A stretch of 64,000 nt of DNA, from NCBI GenBank assembly GCA_964510985.1, contig CAZEDC010000116.1, forward strand, positions 1,800-65,799, given 5' to 3'. Positions 1 through 8,916 of the stretch are shown in pieces. The notes under the pieces are model-generated. The model saw only the letters and a list, made by a program, of their open reading frames with translations. It was not told the origin of the DNA and searched no databases. The position numbers and the translations under genes are program-made. Origin of the DNA: an uncultured Dehalococcoidia bacterium. Its GTDB lineage: Bacteria > Chloroflexota > Dehalococcoidia > Lucifugimonadales > CAZEDC01. The first letter of the stretch is position 1, and every line of letters starts with the position of its first letter.

Positions 1-91
1 CCAGGCCGGGCCTCATCTCGGCCACAAGCTGCCGGGCCTCGGCCAGTGTGGTGTTCATCTTCCAGTTGCCGGCTATGAGTGGGGTTGCCAT
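1..91 (-). CDS. tpiA: triosephosphate isomerase, N-terminal fragment (gene runs off the window start)
   Basis: Minus-strand ATG at 91..89, preceded by GGAGAAAC. Translation is MATPLIAGNWKMNTTLAEARQLVAEMRPGL, containing the TIM N-terminal AGNWKMN motif. Not in the ORF track because it has no stop in the window. Confidence 0.8.
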   Translation of the reverse strand, partial: MATPLIAGNWKMNTTLAEARQLVAEMRPGL

Positions 92-213
92 TGTTTCTCC
101 ACAAGCTCAGATATGTGGTCGGTCGAGCAGACGCCCCAGGGGTAGTCCTATGGATACCGGAGAGTATACACCCCGGGCCAAGGACGGAAATGGAACCGGG
201 TGTCGGGCCACAT

Positions 214-1419
214 TTAGGGCCCGAACTTGGCCAGCTTTCCGGCGTGGGCCATGGCCAGCATCATCACGCTGGTGGCGGGAATCCGGCCCAGGGACCCGGC
301 GGCAAAGATGCGCTCGGAGAAGCCGGCCACGCCTTCGCCCCTCGTAAGCTCGGAGCGGACCATCAGCGGCACCGGGTGCCAGCTATGTGCGCCCATGACA
401 GCGGGTGTGGAGTGGTCGCCCGCCACAACCAGAACATCGGCGCCCAACGCCACCAATCGGGGTATCCTGGCGTCCAGTTCCTGGAGCCGGGCGACCTTGG
501 CGTCGAAATCGCCGTCCTCGCCCGCGGTGTCGGCCGGCTTATAGTGGATGAAAAAGAAGTCGTGCTCGGCGAAATAGGTCTCCAGGGTGTCCAGCTCGTC
601 GTCGAAATTCTGTCCAGTGGGCAGGACCTTCAGGCCCACCAGCTTGGCCAGTCCCCGGTACATGGGGTAGGCAGCCACCGCCGCGGCGTTCAGACGGTAG
701 GCAGCCCCGAAATCGGGCAGGCGCGGAAGACGCGAGAAGCCCCTGAGCAGGACCATGTTTGCCGTCTTGCGCGGGCCAAGCAGGTCTCGGACGGCGGACA
801 CGAAAGCGGCGACTGCGCCGGCCGTTTTTTTCGAGTCTCGGGATAGCGCTGTAGCCTCCTGGGGCGGGACACCGACCTCCTGGGAATCGGTCTCGGCTAT
901 ACGGTCTCCGAGACCTTCGCCTTTCAGCACCAGGACGAACCGGTGGTCCCGCACGGGGTAGACGGACAGGCCGACGCCCGGTATCTCTATACCGTCCAGC
1001 AGCTCGACCAGCGAAGCACTCTCAGCCGTGGGGATGCGGCCAGCCCTCCGGTCCACCACCAAACCACCGGGGTCTAAGGTGCAGAAATTCCCTCTTACAG
1101 CGATGTCGCCTTCCGCCAATTCAACGTCTATGCCCAGGGCTTCCAGTACGCCCCGACCAATCAGGTACTCGACCGGGTCGTAGCCGAACAACGACATGTG
1201 TCCGGGGCCAGAGCCCGGCGTGATCCCGGGCATCACGGGGTCGGTCAAGCCGCACGCACTCTCGCCGGCCAGCCCGTCCAGGTTGGGCAGGCGGGCCGTC
1301 TCGAGCTCGGACTTGCCCGTCTCCGGATGAGATGCGCCGCCCAGACCGTCCACTACCAGCATGACGATCTTCGACGGCGTTGTCCGGCAGATATCGCCCA
1401 GGAAGGGAAAGTCGATCAC
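214..1419 (-). CDS. apgM: 2,3-bisphosphoglycerate-independent phosphoglycerate mutase, archaeal/ApgM type
   Basis: 401-aa ORF with N-terminal VVDGLGG and TARLPNLD motifs, and a GDHSTP motif near the C-terminus, all typical of the ApgM/metalloenzyme family. Start lies 4 nt after the pgk stop. Confidence 0.85.
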   Translation of the reverse strand: MIDFPFLGDICRTTPSKIVMLVVDGLGGASHPETGKSELETARLPNLDGLAGESACGLTDPVMPGITPGSGPGHMSLFGYDPVEYLIGRGVLEALGIDVELAEGDIAVRGNFCTLDPGGLVVDRRAGRIPTAESASLVELLDGIEIPGVGLSVYPVRDHRFVLVLKGEGLGDRIAETDSQEVGVPPQEATALSRDSKKTAGAVAAFVSAVRDLLGPRKTANMVLLRGFSRLPRLPDFGAAYRLNAAAVAAYPMYRGLAKLVGLKVLPTGQNFDDELDTLETYFAEHDFFFIHYKPADTAGEDGDFDAKVARLQELDARIPRLVALGADVLVVAGDHSTPAVMGAHSWHPVPLMVRSELTRGEGVAGFSERIFAAGSLGRIPATSVMMLAMAHAGKLAKFGP

Positions 1420-1422
1420 GGC

Positions 1423-2655
1423 TCACACTTCGACGGTGGATACAGGGTCTTTGGTGTACATCAGTGCGGCCACGCCCGGGAGGACCCTGCCGGTCAACAT
1501 CTCCAGGGAGGCTCCGCCGCCGGTTGACACCTGGGTCACTTTGTCGCCGAGCCCCAGGCCCTCGATGGCCTCGGCCGTCGAGCCGCCGCCCACGAGGGTG
1601 GTTGCTCCGTCGAGGCTGGATACTATCTCGGCCACACGTCGAGTCCCCTGGGAGTAGGGCTCCCACTCGAACACGCCCATCGGTCCGTTCCAGATCACCG
1701 TCTTGCAGGGCTTCAGGGCCTCTTCGAACAGGGCGATGGTCCTGGGGCCAATATCCATGATGTGCCATTTTCGGGGTATCTCAGTTACATCTACGACGCG
1801 GTGCCTGGCATCGGCCGAGAAGGAGTCGGCGACGACGAAGTCCACGGGAAGGAGCACCTTTCGACCCCTCTCCTGGGTGGTGTAGATGAGGTCGGTCACG
1901 GACCCGATACGGTCCTCTTCCACCGGGGACCTGCCCACCTCCATCCCCCGGGCCTTGATGAAGGTCGCGGCCATGCCACCGCCGATAATCAGGAGGTCCA
2001 CCCTGCGAGCCAGGTTCACCAACGCCGCGATCTTGTCGGACGCCTTGGCGCCGCCCAGGATCGCCGCAAAGGGCAAGGCAGGCAGGTGAAGGGCACGACC
2101 CAGCAGATCCAGCTCGCGTCCCATCAGGAAACCGGCCGCCGATGGCAGGAACCTGGTTACCCCCTCGATGGAGGCGTGGGCCCTGTGGGCCGAACCGAAG
2201 GCGTCGTTGACATAGACGTCGGCCAGCGATGCCAACTGCGAAGCGAACTCAGGGTCGTTGCTCTCCTCCCCAGGGTGAAACCGAAGGTTTTCCAACACCA
2301 GTATCTCTCCCGGCCCCAGGCGGTCCACGGCCTTGTGCACCGTGGGGCCAATACAGTTGTTCACGAGCTTGACCGGCACTCCCAGCAACTCGGACAGCCC
2401 GTGGACCACCGGTGCCATACGCATCTCCTCGACGACCTTCCCATCGGGCCTGCCGAGGTGGGAGCAGATTACGATCTTGGAACCCTGCTCCAGCAGGTGC
2501 CGGACAGTGGGAAGCGAGGCCTTGATGCGGCCGGTGTCCGATATCTCCGTGGAGCCGGGCTTGAACGGCACATTGTAGTCGACCCGGAGCAGGACGGTCT
2601 TCCCCGTAACGTTTAAGTCCGTGACCGTCCTGTAACCAGTCTGTCGCATATGCAC
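1423..2655 (-). CDS. pgk: phosphoglycerate kinase
   Basis: 410-aa ORF with LLRVDYNVP near the N-terminus and full-length PGK-like sequence, including the GGGASLE motif near the C-terminus. Confidence 0.95.
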   Translation of the reverse strand: MHMRQTGYRTVTDLNVTGKTVLLRVDYNVPFKPGSTEISDTGRIKASLPTVRHLLEQGSKIVICSHLGRPDGKVVEEMRMAPVVHGLSELLGVPVKLVNNCIGPTVHKAVDRLGPGEILVLENLRFHPGEESNDPEFASQLASLADVYVNDAFGSAHRAHASIEGVTRFLPSAAGFLMGRELDLLGRALHLPALPFAAILGGAKASDKIAALVNLARRVDLLIIGGGMAATFIKARGMEVGRSPVEEDRIGSVTDLIYTTQERGRKVLLPVDFVVADSFSADARHRVVDVTEIPRKWHIMDIGPRTIALFEEALKPCKTVIWNGPMGVFEWEPYSQGTRRVAEIVSSLDGATTLVGGGSTAEAIEGLGLGDKVTQVSTGGGASLEMLTGRVLPGVAALMYTKDPVSTVEV

Positions 2656-2708
2656 CTCTTCTCGGGAGCCCGGGATTCCAATATTTTCTGTTGGGTCGGC
2701 TGCGGTGG

Positions 2709-3737
2709 CTATTTGAGCAGATCGTCGGCAAATTGTTGGATCTGCTTCTTACCGTCAGATGATAAGCTAACGGACTCCAAGACTTCCAGCGCCCTGGACC
2801 GGTACCTGTTTACCATCTCTCCGCACTCCTCGCGGACGCCTAAACCCTCGATGATGCCGCGCAGTTTCGCGACGTCGTCCGGTTCGAGGACGCGTTTGAA
2901 GAATATCTCGCCCATCCTTCGCTTTTCACCTACCGAGGCCTTGTCGAAGGCGTAGACAACCGGCAGCAGCTTCTTCTTGTTCATGGCATCAGGGCTGGCG
3001 TCCGGGACGTCACCATCGTCGTCACCCCAGAGTTGCAGCAGATCCTGGTGCATCTGGAGGGCGACGCCAAGATTTGCGCCGCAGGTCGCCATGGCCTCGA
3101 GCAGGTCGCTATTGTCATCTTCATCGTATGTGGCAACCAGAGCACCCAGGCTCATCGAACATGAAAACAGCGAGCCCGTCTTCTGATGGGCCATGTCTTT
3201 GTAGGCCTCTATCCCCAGGTCTATTTTCTCCTGGGCCTCCAGGTCCAGGAACCGGCCTTCGCAGGCTCGAAGGCTGGCCTCGTCCAAGAGCCGAAAGGCC
3301 CGAACGGTGACCGTGGGAGGGACGCCCGCCTGGGTCAAGCGGAAGAGGGCTAGGCGGGCAAGGGCGTGCATGCCGTCGCCGGCGTTGATGGCCTGGGCGG
3401 GACCCCACACCCACCACACAGAGTCCCGGTTGTCCCGCCGGGGATTGCCGGCCTGGACGTCGTCGTGTATGCGACAGAAATTTTCGACAAGCTCGACCGC
3501 CGCCGCCGCCGGCAGCGCCGTCGCGATGTCGCCGCCGGCCGCGTGGCAAGCCAGGAGACATAAGAGGCCATGGGCCCGGTCTCCGATCGTCTTGCTCACA
3601 GGGCCGCCGCCGCTGTCAGTCCAACCCATATGGTAGGACATCATGCCGTATAGCGGCATATCCCGCGAGGAGACGATACCGTTCAACTCGGCTTCCAACA
3701 GTGCCCTGAGTTCCTCGGTTATTTCAGCGGTGGTCAT
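2709..3737 (-). CDS. polyprenyl synthetase family protein with degenerate Asp-rich motifs
   Basis: 342-aa ORF with trans-prenyltransferase-like layout (IHDD..RR..; AINAGD; KTGSLF). The first motif reads DDVQAGN and the second reads HQDLLQ, instead of DDxxD. Confidence 0.65.
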   Translation of the reverse strand: MTTAEITEELRALLEAELNGIVSSRDMPLYGMMSYHMGWTDSGGGPVSKTIGDRAHGLLCLLACHAAGGDIATALPAAAAVELVENFCRIHDDVQAGNPRRDNRDSVWWVWGPAQAINAGDGMHALARLALFRLTQAGVPPTVTVRAFRLLDEASLRACEGRFLDLEAQEKIDLGIEAYKDMAHQKTGSLFSCSMSLGALVATYDEDDNSDLLEAMATCGANLGVALQMHQDLLQLWGDDDGDVPDASPDAMNKKKLLPVVYAFDKASVGEKRRMGEIFFKRVLEPDDVAKLRGIIEGLGVREECGEMVNRYRSRALEVLESVSLSSDGKKQIQQFADDLLK

Positions 3738-3777
3738 GGAAAGGCGTGTACCCCAGTTTATCCTTATCTCTTAACCA

Positions 3778-3828
3778 GTACTTAGTTGCACAGTTCTTGG
3801 TCTGTCCGATCCGCCCGCCCGATAGGTT
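3778..3828 (+). repeat. about 50-nt shared motif (partner at 58819-58871)
   Basis: AGTACTTAGTTGCACAGTTCTTGGTCTGTCCGATCCGCCCGCCCGATAGGTT versus AGTACTTAGTTGCGCAATTCTCGATCTATCCCACACACCCACCCCGATAGGTT. Confidence 0.7.
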
Positions 3829-3833
3829 ATTCT

Positions 3834-3874
3834 GTCCCGACAGGTCGTCCTTCCGCGGAAGGACTCGCAATGAC
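3834..3874 (+). repeat. GTCAT-type short repeat (hairpin plus ..CTCGCAATGACA end)
   Basis: GTCCCGACAGGTCGTCCTTCCGCGGAAGGACTCGCAATGACA is nearly identical to 21572-21612. Confidence 0.85.
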
Positions 3875-3903
3875 AATTTTATGGTATTTCAGAGATCAGG
3901 ATG

Positions 3904-4542
3904 CTATATGGCTATCACGCGGCCGCAGACTTCCTCTATCTCTCGCCGGGATACGGCACCCCGCCGCAGAATGCGGGGTTTTTCCAGTGACAGGTCGACC
4001 ACGGTTGACGGGCGTCCCAGCGTCGTCGCCCTGCCCTCTACCACCAGGTCCAGCTCGTCGCCAAACTCTGACCGTACGGCACCGGTCGTTGTAAGGCCGG
4101 GCTGCCCGGTGCGGTTGGCGCTGGTGCCCGTGATAGGGGCACCTAGAGAGCGTACCAGTGACCTGGGTAGGCAGTGGTCCGGAACGCGCAACGCGACGGT
4201 ATCCCCGCCGCCACAGACCGGTGCCGGAACGCGGTCCGATCTTGAAAGCACCAGGGTCAGCGGTCCGGGCCAGAATCGGTCGACCAGGGCCCAGGCCAGG
4301 TCCGGGACATCGGAGGCGTACTCTTCGAGCCCTTCGGCGTCAGCGAGAAGCAGTGGGAGCGCCATGCCTTTGGGCCGACCCTTGAGCCGGAAAACACGCT
4401 CCACCGCCACGGCCCGGTCCACGGATGCCGCGAGGCCGTAGAGCGTATCGGTGGGAATCGCTATCACGCCGCCGCCGGCGAGGATCCCAACGGCGTGCCC
4501 TATCTGGTTGTGCGCGCCTTCGTCAGGCCTTGGAGAACCCAT
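3904..4542 (-). CDS. tsaC: L-threonylcarbamoyladenylate synthase (TsaC/YrdC/Sua5 family)
   Basis: IAIPTDTLYGLAA and SANRTG motifs. Start placed at the internal ATG at 4542; the longer ORF to 4632 would overlap the divergent guaA ORF. Confidence 0.8.
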   Translation of the reverse strand: MGSPRPDEGAHNQIGHAVGILAGGGVIAIPTDTLYGLAASVDRAVAVERVFRLKGRPKGMALPLLLADAEGLEEYASDVPDLAWALVDRFWPGPLTLVLSRSDRVPAPVCGGGDTVALRVPDHCLPRSLVRSLGAPITGTSANRTGQPGLTTTGAVRSEFGDELDLVVEGRATTLGRPSTVVDLSLEKPRILRRGAVSRREIEEVCGRVIAI

Positions 4543-4606
4543 CGTATCCCGATTTCGAGGTTGACCAAAGTATAACATAGATGCTAGCCTGAGAGCCGCC
4601 GCTAAC

Positions 4607-6277
4607 ATGTCACAGGAACCCCAGAATAACACCAGCCGCAGGGTCGCCGCCAGCGATGATCTGGAGGTCTCCGCATACCTCGAGATCGCCAGGGAGAAGT
4701 CCGGCCAAAAGCCCGAACTGGAGATGGCGACCAGACTCCAACGTGAGACCGTCCTGGTTATCGACTTCGGCTCCCAGTACAGCCGGTTAATAGCCCGGCG
4801 TGTCAGGGAGAGCCGCGTTTACTGCGAGATCATCCCCCACGATATAACGTGGGATGCCGTGTCTGGACTGAACCCCAAAGGCATCATCCTTTCCGGTGGG
4901 CCGGCCAGCGTATACGATCCGGACCCCCCCCTTGCACCGGCCTGGGTTTACGACAGCGGGCTGCCGGTCCTGGGTATCTGCTACGGCATGCAGGTGATGG
5001 TGCACCAACTCGGCGGCAAGGTATCGCCCGGCACCAAACGAGAGTACGGCCACGCGGTATTGCACCAGAACTCCAGCGGCGAGCCCTTGTTCCAAGGCCT
5101 GCCGCTCTCCATGCCCGTGTGGATGAGTCACGGTGACCAGATAGCCGAGGCTCCGCCGGGGTTTTCGGCCCTGGCTTACACCGACAACTCCCCCATCGCG
5201 GTCGTCGGCAACAAGGCCAGCATGCTGGGTATACAATTCCACCCGGAGGTCGCCCACACGCCCCAGGGCAAGACATTTCTGGAAAATTTTCTGTACAGGG
5301 TCTGCGGCTGCCAGGGGTTATGGACGCCGGGCAACTTCGTCGGGGAGGCCGTACAAGTCATCCGCGACCAGGTGGGGAGCGGGAAGGTCATCTGCGCTCT
5401 CTCGGGGGGCGTGGACTCGGCCGTAGCCGCCACGCTGGTCCACCAGGCGGTGGGCGACCAGCTAACCTGCATATTTGTTAACAACGGCCTAATGCGTCGG
5501 GAGGAGCCGGAGCGGGTCCAGAACACCTTTGAAAAGTATCTGAAGGTGAACCTGGTGTACGCCCAAGCCTCTGATTATTTCCTGGGCGCGCTCAAGGGCG
5601 TCATCGATCCAGAGAAGAAGCGTCGTGTCATCGGCGAGGAGTTCATACGGGTCTTCGACGAGGAGGCAGCCCGGCTGGGCAAGGTCGATTTCCTGACTCA
5701 AGGGACGCTCTACCCCGACGTGATCGAGAGCAAGACCGACGAGAGCAAGGTCTCGGCCAAAATCAAGACCCATCACAACGTCGGGGGCCTGCCCGCGCAC
5801 ATGAAGCTGACCCTGGTAGAGCCGCTGAGATACCTTTTCAAGGACGAGGTCCGAGAGGTGGGGCTGGAGCTGGGCCTGCCCGAGGAAATGGTCTACCGTC
5901 AGCCATTCCCCGGACCCGGGCTGGCGATAAGGATCATCGGCGAAGTCACCCACGAAAAACTGGAAATTCTCCGGGCCGCCGACTGGGTGGTGATGGACGA
6001 GATAAAGGCCAACGACCTGTACCGGGAGCTCTGGCAGAGCTTCGCCGTGCTGTCCGACACCCAGACAGTGGGGGTAATGGGCGATTTTCGTACGTACGGA
6101 TACCTGATCGCCATCCGGGCCGTGACCAGCGACGATGCCATGACGGCCGACTGGGCCCGTCTCCCCTACGACGTTCTGGCGCGGATTTCCAACCGTATCG
6201 CCAACGAGGTGACCGGAGTCAACCGTGTCGTCTTCGACATCACCAGCAAGCCTCCTGGCACCATCGAGTGGGAGTAG
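4607..6277 (+). CDS. guaA: GMP synthase (glutamine-hydrolysing)
   Basis: Class-I GATase domain ([18 protein letters not shown]) plus ATP-PPase domain (SGGVDS) and a C-terminal dimerisation domain ending PPGTIEWE. The true start may be the internal ATG at 4724 ([16 protein letters not shown]). Confidence 0.95.
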   Translation: MSQEPQNNTSRRVAASDDLEVSAYLEIAREKSGQKPELEMATRLQRETVLVIDFGSQYSRLIARRVRESRVYCEIIPHDITWDAVSGLNPKGIILSGGPASVYDPDPPLAPAWVYDSGLPVLGICYGMQVMVHQLGGKVSPGTKREYGHAVLHQNSSGEPLFQGLPLSMPVWMSHGDQIAEAPPGFSALAYTDNSPIAVVGNKASMLGIQFHPEVAHTPQGKTFLENFLYRVCGCQGLWTPGNFVGEAVQVIRDQVGSGKVICALSGGVDSAVAATLVHQAVGDQLTCIFVNNGLMRREEPERVQNTFEKYLKVNLVYAQASDYFLGALKGVIDPEKKRRVIGEEFIRVFDEEAARLGKVDFLTQGTLYPDVIESKTDESKVSAKIKTHHNVGGLPAHMKLTLVEPLRYLFKDEVREVGLELGLPEEMVYRQPFPGPGLAIRIIGEVTHEKLEILRAADWVVMDEIKANDLYRELWQSFAVLSDTQTVGVMGDFRTYGYLIAIRAVTSDDAMTADWARLPYDVLARISNRIANEVTGVNRVVFDITSKPPGTIEWE

Positions 6278-6348
6278 GTCGCGACCGTCGACGGGTTTTC
6301 ACCAAGGCGCCGATCGTAAGGTGAGCGTGACCGAGTGGAGGATGACAA

Positions 6349-6705
6349 TTGCCTGTAGACCCGGAGGTGAGGAGCGCCCTCGACGGCCGTCTCGTTGCTA
6401 TGCAGGACGTCACCTCCCGCTCCATGTTCGGCGGGGTGGGCTACATGGTGGGCGGCAAGATGTTCGCGGCGTTGGCCGAGGGGGTTGTCGCCATGAAGCT
6501 GCCGGACGAGCAGAGGCAGCGGGCGCTGGGGCTGGCCGGGGTGTCCCCTTTCTCCCCCGCCGGACGGCCGTTCAGGCAGTGGGTGCAGTTCCTGGTCCTG
6601 ATGGAAGAGGACGTTCCAGCGGTCTTGCCATGGGTCGAGAGCGCCTTTGAATATGTGGGCTCCCAACCCCCGCCGAAGAAGCCCAAGCGGAGGAGATCTT
6701 CCTGA
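6349..6705 (+). CDS. TfoX/Sxy N-terminal domain family protein
   Basis: 118-aa ORF with an MFGGVGYMVGGKMFA motif typical of the TfoX_N domain. Lys/Arg-rich C-terminal tail. Confidence 0.6.
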   Translation: MPVDPEVRSALDGRLVAMQDVTSRSMFGGVGYMVGGKMFAALAEGVVAMKLPDEQRQRALGLAGVSPFSPAGRPFRQWVQFLVLMEEDVPAVLPWVESAFEYVGSQPPPKKPKRRRSS

Positions 6706-6775
6706 TGTGGTGGTCCCTGCAATCCACTGCCCCGACAGACCGGGGCTCCTCGCAATGACAATTCGTAAGCGTTTA

Positions 6776-6804
6776 GTAGGGGCGGGTTTCAAACACGCCC
6801 CTAC
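6776..6804. repeat. GTAGGGGCAGGTTTCAAACCTGCCCCTAC-type hairpin repeat, copy 1 (variant)
   Basis: GTAGGGGCGGGTTTCAAACACGCCCCTAC, an imperfect palindrome. Confidence 0.8.
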
Positions 6805-6945
6805 GAGGCCGTCATCGAGTGCGCCAGGGTTCGAGGTTACCAAGTCATTATCGTGCGTGCGTACAGCCAGGAGACGGAACACTGGGATGTGCGGTATCTG
6901 TGATACGTGGTCTTTGGCGGACCTGATCGAAGGAGCAACCGTCCC

Positions 6946-8202
6946 GTGAAAGTCCTTGTCGTAGGCAACGGCGCAAGAGAGCATGCCATCGCCTGGAAGC
7001 TGGCCCAGAGTCCCAGCGTGGATGAGCTTCTGGTCGCCCCGGGCAACGCTGGGACGGCCCAGATCGCCCGAAACGTCCCGATCAAGGCCGGCGATATCGA
7101 GGGTTTGGCGGCGTTCGTCGAATCGGACCGTGTGGACCTGACCGTAGTCGGCCCGGAGGCGTCGCTGGCCGAGGGCATCGCCGACAGGTTCCTGGACGCC
7201 GGGCTTGCGATCTTCGGACCGACCAGGGCCGCGGCTCGCATCGAAAGCAGCAAGGCCTTCGCCAAGGACCTGATGGTCCGTCATGGGGTCCCCACCGGGG
7301 CCTCGGAAACCTTCGATGTCTATGTGGATGCCGTCAAATGCGTTGCGGACTGCCAGTTGCCGATCGTGGTGAAGGCGGATGGGCTGGCGGCCGGCAAGGG
7401 CGTGATCATCACCCGGACCCTGGAAGAGGCGCTCCTGGCCCTGCGCCGGTGCATGGCCGAGAAGGACTTCGGCGCCGCCGGGGAGCGGGTAGTGATCGAG
7501 GAGTTCCTTGAGGGCCAAGAGGTTAGCGCCTTCGCGTTCGTGGATGGCGAGTATGTCTCTCCCATGGTGGCGGCCTGCGATTACAAACGGGTCGGCGACG
7601 GCGACGAGGGACCCAACACCGGCGGCATGGGAAGCTACAGCCCGCCGCCGGAATGGACCGAGAAACTGGAGAGACAGGTCCGCGCCGAGGTGATGGAGCC
7701 GGTGGCGAAGGCGCTGGCCGCCGAAGGAAGCCCCTACCGTGGCGTACTCTACGCGGGCCTGATACTAACCGCCGGCGGTATAAGGGTTCTGGAGTTCAAC
7801 TGCCGTCTTGGAGACCCCGAGACCCAGGTGATCCTGCCTCGATTGAAATCGGATTTGGCGGCGGTTATGATGGGCACTGCTCAGGGCAGGCTGGACGAGG
7901 TTGCCATTGAATGGGACCCGTCGGCCTGCGTGGGAGTGGTGGTAGCGTCGGGCGGCTATCCGGGCTCTTATGACACCGGGTTTCCCGTCACCGGTCTGGA
8001 TGAGCTGGATAGTGAGGTGACCGTTTTTCACGCCGGCACCAGAGGCGAGGGCGCCGGCTTGGTGACCGATGGCGGCAGGGTGCTGACGGTGGCGTCCCTG
8101 GGTGAGAACCTGGCCGAGGCCAGGGATAAGGTGTACGCCAACGTCGGGAAAGTGCGGTTCGAGGGCTCATTTTATCGCGGCGACATCGCCACGTTCGATT
8201 AG
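6946..8202 (+). CDS. purD: phosphoribosylamine--glycine ligase
   Basis: VKVLVVGNGAREHAIAWKL N-terminus and ATP-grasp body. GTG at 6946 lies 10 nt after AAGGAG (6930-6935). The ORF track starts at 6907. Confidence 0.95.
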   Translation: MKVLVVGNGAREHAIAWKLAQSPSVDELLVAPGNAGTAQIARNVPIKAGDIEGLAAFVESDRVDLTVVGPEASLAEGIADRFLDAGLAIFGPTRAAARIESSKAFAKDLMVRHGVPTGASETFDVYVDAVKCVADCQLPIVVKADGLAAGKGVIITRTLEEALLALRRCMAEKDFGAAGERVVIEEFLEGQEVSAFAFVDGEYVSPMVAACDYKRVGDGDEGPNTGGMGSYSPPPEWTEKLERQVRAEVMEPVAKALAAEGSPYRGVLYAGLILTAGGIRVLEFNCRLGDPETQVILPRLKSDLAAVMMGTAQGRLDEVAIEWDPSACVGVVVASGGYPGSYDTGFPVTGLDELDSEVTVFHAGTRGEGAGLVTDGGRVLTVASLGENLAEARDKVYANVGKVRFEGSFYRGDIATFD

Positions 8203-8245
8203 TGCCATGAGCCGGGAAAGCGCTCCTCAATACGGGGCCTAGGCT

Positions 8246-8329
8246 GTCATGCTGACCCCGACCTGCAGGGGTCAGCATCTGGGGAGAGGCAACCCCACCA
8301 CCAGATTCTTCGCTTCGCTCAGAATGACA
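8246..8329. repeat. MITE-like unit with GTCAT..ATGAC inverted termini
   Basis: GTCATGCTGACCCCGACCTGCAGGGGTCAGCATCTGG ... CCAGATTCTTCGCTTCGCTCAGAATGACA. Confidence 0.75.
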
Positions 8330-8436
8330 GTGGTAGGTGAGTCGAGGTCGGAATAACAGTGGCGCAAAGTCAAACTGACGTAACAGGAAAGAAAACCGTT
8401 CTTTAGAGATATGCGAACGATGGAGGCAGACGAACA

Positions 8437-8898
8437 ATGCCGTTAGTAGGCGTGGTCATGGGCAGCCGTTCGGACGAACCACTTGTCCAGGAGACCGTCG
8501 AGGTACTGGACCAGATGGGTGTCGAGCATGAGGTGTCGGTCATGTCGGCCCACCGCACACCCGAGAAGGTTATGGAGTACGGCCAGTCGGCTCGGGACCA
8601 GGGCATCGAGGTTATTATTGCTGCCGCCGGTGGCTCTGCCGGACTACCGGGTGTCCTGGCCTCGTGGACGACCCTGCCGGTTATCGGTATCCCCCTGCCC
8701 TCGAGCGACCTGAAAGGTGTTGACGCCCTGTATGCCATCGCGCAGATGCCACCTGGGATACCGGTGGCCTGCGTTGCGGTCGGCTCGTGGGGAGCACGAA
8801 ACGCCGCCTTCCTGGCCGCTCAGATACTGGGCATCAAGCACGAGAGTATCCGCCGGGCGTACGACGAGTACCGCGCGGGACTGAAAAGCCATCGCTAA
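8437..8898 (+). CDS. purE: 5-(carboxyamino)imidazole ribonucleotide mutase
   Basis: 153-aa ORF with VGVVMGSRSD, SAHRTP and AAGGSAGLPGV motifs. GGAGG ribosome-binding site upstream. Confidence 0.95.
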   Translation: MPLVGVVMGSRSDEPLVQETVEVLDQMGVEHEVSVMSAHRTPEKVMEYGQSARDQGIEVIIAAAGGSAGLPGVLASWTTLPVIGIPLPSSDLKGVDALYAIAQMPPGIPVACVAVGSWGARNAAFLAAQILGIKHESIRRAYDEYRAGLKSHR

Positions 8899-8916
8899 AA
8901 TGGGGGCAGGTGTCCG

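Noticed and set aside
4607-4723. 49-aa N-terminal extension of GuaA as a distinct feature
   Set aside because: I cannot decide between the ATG at 4607 and the ATG at 4724 from sequence alone. The extension has no recognisable domain, so it is noted only as start-site uncertainty.
6166-7518. 450-aa ORF on the minus strand
   Set aside because: Lies antisense to, and overlaps, the well-supported guaA 3' end, the TfoX gene and purD. Arg/Gly/Pro/Leu-rich composition is typical of spurious antisense ORFs in high-GC DNA.
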